Under the pieces are notes generated by a model. It had not been told where the DNA came from, searched no databases, and saw only the letters and a program-made list of their open reading frames with translations. Positions 42,077-50,211 of a stretch of DNA of 64,000 nucleotides are shown piece after piece. A program made the translations under genes and the position numbers. Numbering within the stretch: position 1 is the stretch's first letter; each line of letters begins with the position of its first letter. Source of the stretch: an uncultured Alphaproteobacteria bacterium (GTDB lineage Bacteria; Pseudomonadota; Alphaproteobacteria; UBA2966); contig OY282368.1 in NCBI GenBank assembly GCA_958295725.1, forward strand, positions 2,946,365 to 3,010,364. Reading direction: 5' to 3'.

Positions 42077-42433
42077 TCGAATTAGCCGTAGCCGTCGATA
42101 GGTGTGGGAGATTTAGTACCGATGCCGGTGGCGGAGAGGGCAGGAGTTGACAACTGAATATTCGAGCTTGGGATCGCTATCATCCCGGATCACGTCCCTC
42201 GTGAACGTCGAATAGGTATCCCCAGGCTCAAGAGCATGATTGATAAATGTTTTCACTAGCGGAGTCAAATCCCGTCCTGACAGTCCGTCGGACCGGAATC
42301 CATGAGAAGCAGTATGAACGTGGCGGTTCGGCGACACTCACTGCTACGATATCATGATTGGTTGGCCAACGCGAAAGCCATATAGCGGCGCCGGGTGGAC
42401 GAAGAGAACGCGCGGGGGCAGGTTCATACGCCG

Positions 42434-43180
42434 ATGACAACACTCGACATCACATTCGCAGCGGCCGGCGGCGCGGGCGTCCTCAGCTTCCTGTCACCCT
42501 GCGTGCTGCCGCTGGTGCCGGCCTACCTGTGCTTCATCGCCGGCGCGTCCCTGGATGAAGTTCTCGGGGACGACGGCGCGGTCGAGCGGGCCATGGGCCG
42601 CCGCGTGGCGCTGGCGGCGTTCGCCTTCGTACTCGGGTTCTCGACCGTGTTCGTGTTGATGGGAGCGTCGGCGTCGGCCGTCAACCGGCTGATCGTCGAC
42701 CACATCGACATCATCGCCAAGGTGGCCGGCGCCGTCATCGTGCTCTTCGGCCTGCATTTCATGGGCCTGCTCCGGATTCCCCCGCTCTATCGAGAGGTCC
42801 GGCTCAATCCGTCCGCGAGTCCCGCGGGGCCGGTCGGCGCCTACGTGGTCGGGCTGGCGTTCGCGTTCGGCTGGACGCCGTGCGTCGGCCCGGTTCTGGC
42901 GACGGTCCTGACCATCGCCGCCAGCCGCGACTCTCTCGGCTACGGCATGTCCCTGCTCGCCGTCTACGCGCTGGGGCTGGGGATTCCGTTCATGATCGCC
43001 GCGCTCTGCCTGGGCCCCTTCATGAACTTCCTGAAGCGTTTCCGGCAGCACGTCCGCAAGGTCGAGATCGCGACCGGCGCGTTACTGGCGGCGACGGGCG
43101 TCCTCGTCTTCACCGACGCCTTGTCGATGTTCGGCTTCTACCTTCTGGAGGTCTTCCCCGCTCTCGGGGAGATCGGATAA
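42434..43180 (+). CDS. ccdA: cytochrome c biogenesis protein CcdA
   Basis: LSFLSPCVLPLVPAYL, FAFGWTPCVGPVL, YALGLGIPF. Confidence 0.93.
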   Translation: MTTLDITFAAAGGAGVLSFLSPCVLPLVPAYLCFIAGASLDEVLGDDGAVERAMGRRVALAAFAFVLGFSTVFVLMGASASAVNRLIVDHIDIIAKVAGAVIVLFGLHFMGLLRIPPLYREVRLNPSASPAGPVGAYVVGLAFAFGWTPCVGPVLATVLTIAASRDSLGYGMSLLAVYALGLGIPFMIAALCLGPFMNFLKRFRQHVRKVEIATGALLAATGVLVFTDALSMFGFYLLEVFPALGEIG

Positions 43181-43289
43181 CGACCGGATCCGGACGCGAA
43201 GACCTCCGCCGCGCGCGACGGGGGTCCGAACCGGCGGATGACCTCGGCATGCCTGTTCCACCGGGCAGGCTGAACGTCCATGTCCATCC

Positions 43290-43430
43290 ATGGGAGCGAC
43301 CAGCGTCGCGGGCGGAACGGTCATCGTCCCCCCGATGGACATCCCGACGGTCGGGCGCATGGCGATCACCCGGGCCCCCGCCAGCAGCCGTATCGGCATC
43401 ATCTCCTATGCCAACCCTGTCGAAGAATGA
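43290..43430 (+). pseudogene. C-terminal relic of a VOC/glyoxalase family gene
   Basis: Manual translation: AGGTVIVPPMDIPTVGRMAITRAPASSRIGII; no N-terminal part visible. Confidence 0.55.
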
Positions 43431-43452
43431 CGTCGAGCCCGCTCATCGTCCG

Positions 43453-44304
43453 CTACCCTGCCGCGTTCAACACGATCACGCCGGCGACCACGAGCGCCGA
43501 CGCCGCGATCCGCCTGCCGCCGAAGCGCTCGCCGAGCGCCAGCGCGCCGATCGCGGCGGCGAAGATCACGCTCGTCTCGCGCAGTGTGGAGACCGCCCCC
43601 ATTGCCGTGACGCTCATCGCCCAGACCGCCGCGCCGTAGGCGACGGCCTGAAGCGCGCCGCCCGTCACGCCTTTCGTGAATTCGGCCTTCAGCGCGGCGC
43701 GCGCGCGGCCGCGCCGGGCGACGCAGGCCCACACGGCGGTGGGGATGCCGTTGAGAAGGTGCAACCAAGCGATGTAGGCGAACGCGTTCCCCGCGACGCG
43801 CGCGCCCAACCCGTCGACAACCGAATAAGCCGCGATGCAGACCGCCGTCCCCGTCGCGAAGAGGACGGGACGGGGATCGTGCTTCCAGGGCGGGCCCCCT
43901 TCGAACGCGAGGCTGACGATTCCGAGGCTGGCGACGCATACCCCGAGCCACGCCAGGGGCGCCAGCAATTCCCCAGCGAAAAGGGCGGCCGCGCCGGCGA
44001 TCATCAGGGGCGACAAGCCGCGCGCCAGGGGATAGACATGGCTCAGGTCCCCGACGCGGTACTGCTGGACGAGAAAGAAGTAGTACGCCGTATGGAGAAC
44101 GACCGAGGCGGCCAGGTTGGGCCAGCTCCCCGGCTCGGGACTCCCGACAAAGGGCAGCGCCAGTGCCCCGATGAGCGCCGCCGCCCCGTTCACGACCGCG
44201 AGCGTCGCCAGTCCGTCGCTGCCGACCTTGACGCACGCGTTCCAGCACGCATGAAAGAACGCCGCCGCCAGGACCAGCGCGACGACTTCGATCTCCAGGG
44301 ACAT
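43453..44304 (-). CDS. EamA/DMT family transporter
   Basis: LAAAFFHACWN, GDLSHVYPLARG, LRETSVIFA, LGERFG. Confidence 0.9.
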   Translation of the reverse strand: MSLEIEVVALVLAAAFFHACWNACVKVGSDGLATLAVVNGAAALIGALALPFVGSPEPGSWPNLAASVVLHTAYYFFLVQQYRVGDLSHVYPLARGLSPLMIAGAAALFAGELLAPLAWLGVCVASLGIVSLAFEGGPPWKHDPRPVLFATGTAVCIAAYSVVDGLGARVAGNAFAYIAWLHLLNGIPTAVWACVARRGRARAALKAEFTKGVTGGALQAVAYGAAVWAMSVTAMGAVSTLRETSVIFAAAIGALALGERFGGRRIAASALVVAGVIVLNAAG

Positions 44305-44358
44305 TCGACGCCGATCGACCGGAGGGGAAAGAGCGGAGCGGAAGGACGCGGCGGAAGA

Positions 44359-44890
44359 TCACCCGCCCAGGAACAGGCGGCCGACCTCGGGGTTCTCCAG
44401 AAGCTCGTCGCCCGGACCGGCGATGGCGACCTGTCCCGACATCAGGACGTATCCGATATCGGCGAATTCCAAGCCTTTCCTCGCGTTCTGCTCCACCATG
44501 ACGATGGTTTTGCCTTCAACGTACTGAAGGTCTCGGAGGGTCTCGAACACCCGCTCGGCGGTCTCCCTCGCTTGCGCCGGCTTCTCGAAGAGGAAACCGC
44601 TCATCCACAGGCCCTCCTCGACCGTCGTATCGGGAAAGATGGACTCGTCCTGAAGCAATGTAGGCGATGCCGGCATGGCGTAGCTTGTCCTTGGCGCTCA
44701 TCGCCGTTGATGTCCCGCCCATCGACCGAGACGGCACCGGAGAAGATGCTGGCGAAGCCGAAGATCGAGTGGAGGATCGTCGACTTCCCTGCCCCGTTTG
44801 GCCTGATGAGGCACAACGACTGGCGCTTCGCCACCTGGAGACCGGGGTCGTGCATGACCTCCATCTTGCCGTGGCCGGCGTTCAACCCCT
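44359..44890 (-). pseudogene. degraded branched-chain-type ABC transporter ATP-binding gene (LivF-like)
   Basis: Pieces in three frames: NAGHGKMEV..PNGAGKST / DKLRHAGIAYI / SIFPDTTVEE..VEQNARKGLEFADIGYVL..PEVGRLFLGG; ABC signature and Walker B absent. Confidence 0.8.
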
Positions 44891-44891
44891 C

Positions 44892-44908
44892 GGGGGGGGG
44901 GGGGGGGG
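44892..44908. repeat. G17 homopolymer
   Basis: 17 consecutive G on the plus strand. Confidence 0.85.
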
Positions 44909-44936
44909 AGTCGGCGCTCCGACGGGCCGAGAACTG

Positions 44937-45551
44937 TCAGTAGAGCTTTTCGCGGCAGGCCTCCTCGACTGCGGCTTCGGCGACTTCGAGAGACTGCACG
45001 CCGGTCTGGTCGGCCAGGATGCGCCCGAGACTCGGGAAGGACTTGCGGTCGATGCGCCGCTCCGGGTCCCAGAGTTTCGAGCGCATCAGCGCCTTGGCGC
45101 AGTGCAGGAACGCCTCGTCCAACTTGACGACGAGACCCGTCCGGGGCCGCTTGCCGTTGACGGAAAGCGGTTCCAGCAAGGAGTCGTCCGTGGTGATCTC
45201 GACCTTGCCGTTGACCCGCAACGTTTCGTTCATGCCGGGCACGAAGAAGATGAGGCCGACGTTGGGATTCTCGACGATGTTCGACATCGAGTCGACGCGG
45301 TTGTTGCCGAGCTGGTCGGGGATCAACAGGGTCTCGTCGTCGAGCACCCGCACGAACCCCGGCTCGCCGCCCTTCGGCGAGCAGTCGGCCGCGCCGTCGG
45401 CAGCGGCCGTCCCCAGCACGCAGAACGGCGAGAGACCGATGAAGGCGCGGCAGTGCGCGTCGAGTCTGGACAGCACCTTGTTGGCGGCGCGGATGTTCGG
45501 CTCCCCATACAGGGCCCGCAGTTCGGCGGCATCGACGATCCGTTCGCTCAT
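44937..45551 (-). CDS. pyridoxamine 5'-phosphate oxidase-like FMN-binding protein (MSMEG_1061-like)
   Basis: DCSPKGG.PGFV, PDQLGNNRVDS, ETLRVNG, HCAKALMRSKLW. Confidence 0.88.
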   Translation of the reverse strand: MSERIVDAAELRALYGEPNIRAANKVLSRLDAHCRAFIGLSPFCVLGTAAADGAADCSPKGGEPGFVRVLDDETLLIPDQLGNNRVDSMSNIVENPNVGLIFFVPGMNETLRVNGKVEITTDDSLLEPLSVNGKRPRTGLVVKLDEAFLHCAKALMRSKLWDPERRIDRKSFPSLGRILADQTGVQSLEVAEAAVEEACREKLY

Positions 45552-45674
45552 CGCTTCCTCCCCTCCTGTGATCGTCTTCTCCCAAGGCGCCACGCCGCGC
45601 GCGTCAGTGAGCGAGACGGAACAACAACCGGTACAGGCCGTAACGCAGTTCCGGCCCGCCCCCCTCCCCGCCGG

Positions 45675-45926
45675 TCACGCGGTCCGCCGGATCAGAAACT
45701 CGTAGACCCCGGCATCGTCCCGCCAATCCGCGAGCTCGTTCGCCGAGGCGTCGCACCAGGCCCGGAAGTCGACGACCGAACCGGGGTCCGTCGTCAGGAC
45801 GCGTAGCAGTCCGCCCGGCGGCACGTCCCGCAACGCCTTGCGGGCCCTGAGCACGGGCAGAGGGCACTTCAGGCCGGTGGCGTCGAGAACGGCCTCGTCG
45901 GCGCCGGCGTCGGTGTGTGCGCTCAC
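45675..45926 (-). CDS. tusA: TusA/SirA family sulfur carrier
   Basis: LDATGLKCPLPVLRARKAL, TDPGS. Confidence 0.88.
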   Translation of the reverse strand: MSAHTDAGADEAVLDATGLKCPLPVLRARKALRDVPPGGLLRVLTTDPGSVVDFRAWCDASANELADWRDDAGVYEFLIRRTA

Positions 45927-46039
45927 TCGGGCAACTCCTCTTCGACCGGTTGCTCACGATGGTATGCCGGCACCGGTCGCGGAACAATCGTCCGAACCTT
46001 CGATCGTTTGGAGGCCGGACGAATCCGGGGTATGGTCCC

Positions 46040-46180
46040 GCGCTCACCGGTACGGCGCTGTCGGGGCTTCACCACAAGGAGCTCTGGCTGGCCTTCGGCG
46101 CCTCGCTTGCCGAAGGCGAGACGATCCGGGAGGCTACCGGGCGCTGCGGGATTGCGCCCAGCACGGCGCCTCGCTGGCGC
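46040..46180 (+). mobile_element. IS1595-family transposase fragment
   Basis: ALTGTALSGLHHKELWLAFGASLAEGETIREATGRCGIAPSTAPRWR resembles the HTH region of IS1595 transposases; zinc finger and DDE domain missing. Confidence 0.6.
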
Positions 46181-46239
46181 CTCCACGATCCCGGCAAACC
46201 GGCGCGGCGGTCGAACCGCGTGCGCCGACGCCGTGGCCG

Positions 46240-46902
46240 CTACTTCGGTTGCGGCACGATACGGAGGTACGGCTTGGGGGCCCGCCAGCCATCCGGAAAT
46301 TTCTCCCGCGCCTGCTCGTCCGACACGGTGGGGACGATGATGACGTCCTCGCCCTGTTTCCAGTTCACCGGCGTGGCGACCTGATGCGCGGCCGTGAGCC
46401 GGCACGAATCCACGAGTCTCAGAACCTCGTCGAAATTTCGCCCCGTGCTCATCGGGTACGTGAGCATCGCCTTGATCTTCTTGTCCGGCCCGATGACGAA
46501 CACCGACCGGACGGTGGCGTTGTCCGCCGGCGTCCGTCCCTCCGAGCTCTCGCCAGTGTCCGCCGGCAGCATGTCGAACTGCTTGGCGACACTCAAATCG
46601 GGATCGCCGATCAGGGGATAGTTCACCGCGTGGCCCTGGGTTTCCTCGATGTCCCTGGACCACTCCCTGTGGTTGGAGACCGGATCGACGCTCAGGCCCA
46701 GGATCTTGCAGTCGCGCTTGTCGAATTCCGGCTTCAGTCCGGCCATGTAGCCGAGCTCGGTGGTGCAGACGGGCGTGAAGTCCTTGGGGTGCGAGAACAG
46801 CACCGCCCAGCCGTCCCCGACCCACTCGTGAAAGCTGTCGATGGTCCCTTCGGTGGTCTCCGCGCCGAAATCCGGTACTTCGTCGTTGATTCTGAGCGCC
46901 AT
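46240..46902 (-). CDS. 1-Cys peroxiredoxin (Prx6 family)
   Basis: FSHPKDFTPVCTTE, YPMSTGRNFDE, VATPVNW, PYLR. Confidence 0.94.
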   Translation of the reverse strand: MALRINDEVPDFGAETTEGTIDSFHEWVGDGWAVLFSHPKDFTPVCTTELGYMAGLKPEFDKRDCKILGLSVDPVSNHREWSRDIEETQGHAVNYPLIGDPDLSVAKQFDMLPADTGESSEGRTPADNATVRSVFVIGPDKKIKAMLTYPMSTGRNFDEVLRLVDSCRLTAAHQVATPVNWKQGEDVIIVPTVSDEQAREKFPDGWRAPKPYLRIVPQPK

Positions 46903-47057
46903 GCTCTCCCTCCTGTCGCGATCTTCTCTCCGGACCGGGTCGTCGAGCGCGCATCCTTCCCGTCGACCGTTTCCGTCGACACCCGGAACGTGGTGCTATC
47001 GTATCACATCCGCACGCCGGACGTGAAACGGGAGTCGGGGGAATGCGGGAGCGAGCG

Positions 47058-47837
47058 ATGGAACAGGTTCTTCTGGTCACCGGAGGGTCGCGGGGGATCG
47101 GCGCGGAAACCGCGCGCCTCGCGGCTGCGCGCGGGTACGCCGTCGCGGTCAACTACCGCGAACGTGCCGACGCCGCGCGGGCGCTCGTGGAGGAAATCGA
47201 GTCCGCGGGCGGGCGGGCGGTCGCCGTCCAGGCGGACGTCGCGGACGCGCGCGACGTCGAGCGCCTGTTCGCCACGGTGGACGAGGAACTCGGCCCCCTG
47301 ACCGCCTTCGTCAACAGCGCCGGGCACGGAGGCGGGTACGCGCGAGCCAGGGACTTCGATCCCGATGTCCTCGACACCCTGATGCGGGTCACCGTCATCG
47401 GCGCCATGGTCGGCGCGCGCGAGGCGGTGCGCCGCATGGCGCTCGGCCAGGGCGGACGGGGCGGCGCCATCGTCAACGTGTCGTCCATGGCGTCGACCAT
47501 CGGCGGCCGTCCGGGACGCACGGATTACGCGGCGTCCAAGGCCGCGATCGATTCCTTCACCGTGGGTCTGGCCAAGGAAGTCGCCCGCGACGGTATCCGG
47601 GTCAACGCCGTGCGCCCCGCCGTCACCATGACCGACATGGTCGACCAGTTGCGCCGCGACGAGGCGGCGCGCGACGCCATCGCCGCGTCGATCCCCGTCA
47701 ACAGGATCGCCGAGCCAGTCGAGGTCGCCCGTCCCATCCTGTGGCTGCTGTCCGACGAGGCGTCCTACGTGAACGGCTGCCTGCTCGACGTCTCGGGCGG
47801 CGGGTTTACGGTCGCGGAACTGAAGAAACCGGAATAG
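47058..47837 (+). CDS. SDR family oxidoreductase
   Basis: TGGSRGIG, NSAG, VNVSS, YAASK. Confidence 0.92.
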   Translation: MEQVLLVTGGSRGIGAETARLAAARGYAVAVNYRERADAARALVEEIESAGGRAVAVQADVADARDVERLFATVDEELGPLTAFVNSAGHGGGYARARDFDPDVLDTLMRVTVIGAMVGAREAVRRMALGQGGRGGAIVNVSSMASTIGGRPGRTDYAASKAAIDSFTVGLAKEVARDGIRVNAVRPAVTMTDMVDQLRRDEAARDAIAASIPVNRIAEPVEVARPILWLLSDEASYVNGCLLDVSGGGFTVAELKKPE

Positions 47838-48591
47838 CTCCGCCGGAACGGAGGAAGCGGCCGATCAGCGGATTGAAGATCTCCGACACCTCGAGATGCG
47901 CGTTGTGGGCGCAATCGGGCAACACGCAGAGCTGGGCGTTCGGAATCCCCTGCCACAGCCCCCAGGAGCGGTCGGGATGGGTCGATCTGTCCTTGTCGCC
48001 ACAGATCACGAGCGTCGGCATGGAGACCTCCCCGAGCCGGGCGCGCACGTCCCAGCCCGTCATGCCGCGCATCAGTTTGATCGCGCCTTCCTTGCTGGCG
48101 CCCGCGCCGGCGGTCTTCGTGAATTCGTAGAGCGGGTGCCGGTCGCCGTCGACGAACCAGGTCGCCGCGATTCGCGCGGTCGTGACCTCGACGGTTTCCG
48201 CCTCGATGCGCTCCACCGTCTCGTCGAGAGTCTCGAACCGGTCGGGAAGATCGGTGGTGGCCGAGCTCCCGTAGAGGACGAGTTTCTCCACCCGCTCGGG
48301 GTGATCGAGGGCCACTTGCAGCGCCGTCATGGAACCGAGCGAATGGCCGAGCAGCATGAAACGCTCGACGCCGAGCTGCGTGAGGGTGTCCAGAAGCGCT
48401 TCGGAGATTCCCGGGATCGAGTCGGGCACCGGCTCGCCGGCGCTGCCTGCGAACGCCGGCATGTCGGTGGCGATGACGTCGAACTCCGCCGCCAGATGGG
48501 CCGCCAGGACGCCCCAGTAGCCACCGCCGCCCGCGTACCCGTGCTGCAGCACGACGGTCGGTCCCGATCCGAATCTCCGGTAGTTCAACAT
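47806..48591 (-). CDS. alpha/beta fold hydrolase
   Basis: LQHGYAGG, GHSLG, GDKD, CAHNAHLE; 3' end overlaps the convergent SDR gene. Confidence 0.88.
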   Translation of the reverse strand: MLNYRRFGSGPTVVLQHGYAGGGGYWGVLAAHLAAEFDVIATDMPAFAGSAGEPVPDSIPGISEALLDTLTQLGVERFMLLGHSLGSMTALQVALDHPERVEKLVLYGSSATTDLPDRFETLDETVERIEAETVEVTTARIAATWFVDGDRHPLYEFTKTAGAGASKEGAIKLMRGMTGWDVRARLGEVSMPTLVICGDKDRSTHPDRSWGLWQGIPNAQLCVLPDCAHNAHLEVSEIFNPLIGRFLRSGGAIPVSSVPRP

Positions 48592-48846
48592 GCGAAACTC
48601 CTCGTGTAGAATGATGATATCCGCTGGTCGCGGACAGACCGACTCCGGTGGCGACTCTGACGGGGGCGCCGCGGTTCCGGCAAGTCCGCGTCGGCCTTTC
48701 CGTCGCGGGCCCTCCTCGGCGGGAATACATCTCTCGAGGGCATGACAACCTTCCGGGGCGCGAATTGTGGCCTCGGAGCGAAGCCTGTATGTTCGGTGTT
48801 CACCGACACCGGATCGAACGCGACAGAAGGGAGCGGCGGCGTCGAA

Positions 48847-49704
48847 ATGCGGTACGAAGCGCCGGAAACGATGAAAGCGGCCGTGGCATTGCTCGCGAGC
48901 GACGAGCACGGCCGCGTGCTCGCGGGCGGGACGGACCTTCTCGTGCAGCTGCGCGCCGACACTATCGAACCCAGCCTCGTCGTCGATATCAAGAAAATCG
49001 ACGAGATGTGCGCCATCACCAGGGAAAACGGCGGCTTCCGGATCGGCGCCGCGGTGACCGGCGCGGAACTCGGCGAACACGAGGCGTTCAAGTCGGTCTG
49101 GCCCGGCGTCGTCGAGGCCCTCGAGTTGATCGGATCGACCCAGATCCAGGGCCGCGCCACCATGGGCGGCAACCTCTGCAACGCCTCTCCGGCGGCGGAC
49201 TCCGTGCCGGCCATGATCGCCGCGGGCGCCATCGCCACCATCGAGGGGCCGGACGGCCGCCGCGACGTCCCGGTGGGGGAGGTCGCGACGGGGCCGGGCC
49301 GGACGTCGCTCCGCGCAGGCGAGCTGGTGGCGTCCTTCCTGTTCCCCGAGCAGGCGCCCCGCACGGGCGACGCCTATCTGCGGTTCATCCCGCGGACGGA
49401 GATGGATATCGCCGTGGTCGGCGCCGGCGTGTGCCTGACCCTCGACGACTCCGACGTCTGCGTCGCCGCGAAGGTCTCGCTCGGAGCCGTCGCGGCGCGC
49501 GCCCTGGCACCGGAAGCGGCGGCCAAGGCACTGATCGGAACTCCGGTGGACGACGCGGCGCTCGCCGAGCTCTCGCGGGCGGCGAGTGCAGCCGCGCAAC
49601 CCATCGACGACAAGCGCGGAACCAGGGAGTTCCGCATCCAGGTCACGGGCGTCATGGCGCGCCGGGCGGCAGAGACCGCGCTCGCGCGGGCCAAGGGCGC
49701 GTAG
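48847..49704 (+). CDS. xanthine dehydrogenase family FAD-binding subunit (CoxM-like)
   Basis: LAGGTDL, RATMGGNLCNASPAAD, GAVA, PIDDKRG. Confidence 0.92.
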   Translation: MRYEAPETMKAAVALLASDEHGRVLAGGTDLLVQLRADTIEPSLVVDIKKIDEMCAITRENGGFRIGAAVTGAELGEHEAFKSVWPGVVEALELIGSTQIQGRATMGGNLCNASPAADSVPAMIAAGAIATIEGPDGRRDVPVGEVATGPGRTSLRAGELVASFLFPEQAPRTGDAYLRFIPRTEMDIAVVGAGVCLTLDDSDVCVAAKVSLGAVAARALAPEAAAKALIGTPVDDAALAELSRAASAAAQPIDDKRGTREFRIQVTGVMARRAAETALARAKGA

Positions 49705-49732
49705 GCGCGTAGAGTGGAACAGGGCGAACACG

Positions 49733-50209
49733 ATGACGAGATATCACGTATCGGCGACCGTCAACGGCGACGAGATCGATTTCCTCTGCGAACCGGAACA
49801 GACGCTCCTCGACGTGTTGCGCGACGAGCTGCATCTCACGGGTACGAAGGAAGGCTGCGCGTCGGGCGACTGCGGCGCCTGTAGCGTCATGCTCGACGGC
49901 CGCCTGGTGTGCTCGTGCCTGGTGACGGGCGCCGAGGTGGGAGACTGCGCCATCGAGACCATCGAGGGCATGGCGGACGGCGAACGGCTCCACCCCCTGC
50001 AACAGAAGTTTCTCGACCACGCGGCGCTCCAGTGCGGCTATTGCACGCCGGGGCTGTTGGTGGCGGCCAAGGCCTTGCTTGAGCGGAACCCGGACCCCAC
50101 CGAGACGGAGACCCGCTACTGGCTCGCGGGCAACCTCTGTCGGTGCACGGGGTACGACAAGATCGTTCGGGCCGTTCTCGACACGGCCGCGGAAATGCGA
50201 GGAGAGTAA
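49733..50209 (+). CDS. xanthine dehydrogenase family 2Fe-2S subunit (CoxS-like)
   Basis: GTKEGCASGDCGAC, QCGYCTPG, GNLCRCTGY. Confidence 0.94.
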   Translation: MTRYHVSATVNGDEIDFLCEPEQTLLDVLRDELHLTGTKEGCASGDCGACSVMLDGRLVCSCLVTGAEVGDCAIETIEGMADGERLHPLQQKFLDHAALQCGYCTPGLLVAAKALLERNPDPTETETRYWLAGNLCRCTGYDKIVRAVLDTAAEMRGE

Positions 50210-50211
50210 CC

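Larger units (their letters stand above)
38770..42420. mobile_element. low-GC horizontally acquired islet (boundaries approximate)
   Basis: GC drops to roughly 50-60% versus about 70% in the flanks; AT-ending codons frequent; no integrase or att site seen. Confidence 0.65.

Noticed and set aside
42241-42255. Fur-like box TGATAAATGTTTTCA
   Set aside because: Three mismatches to the 7-1-7 consensus in an AT-rich stretch and no iron-uptake genes nearby
42113-42337. 74-aa ORF at the right edge of the islet
   Set aside because: No recognisable family, RBS or convincing start; could be a gene remnant but cannot be supported
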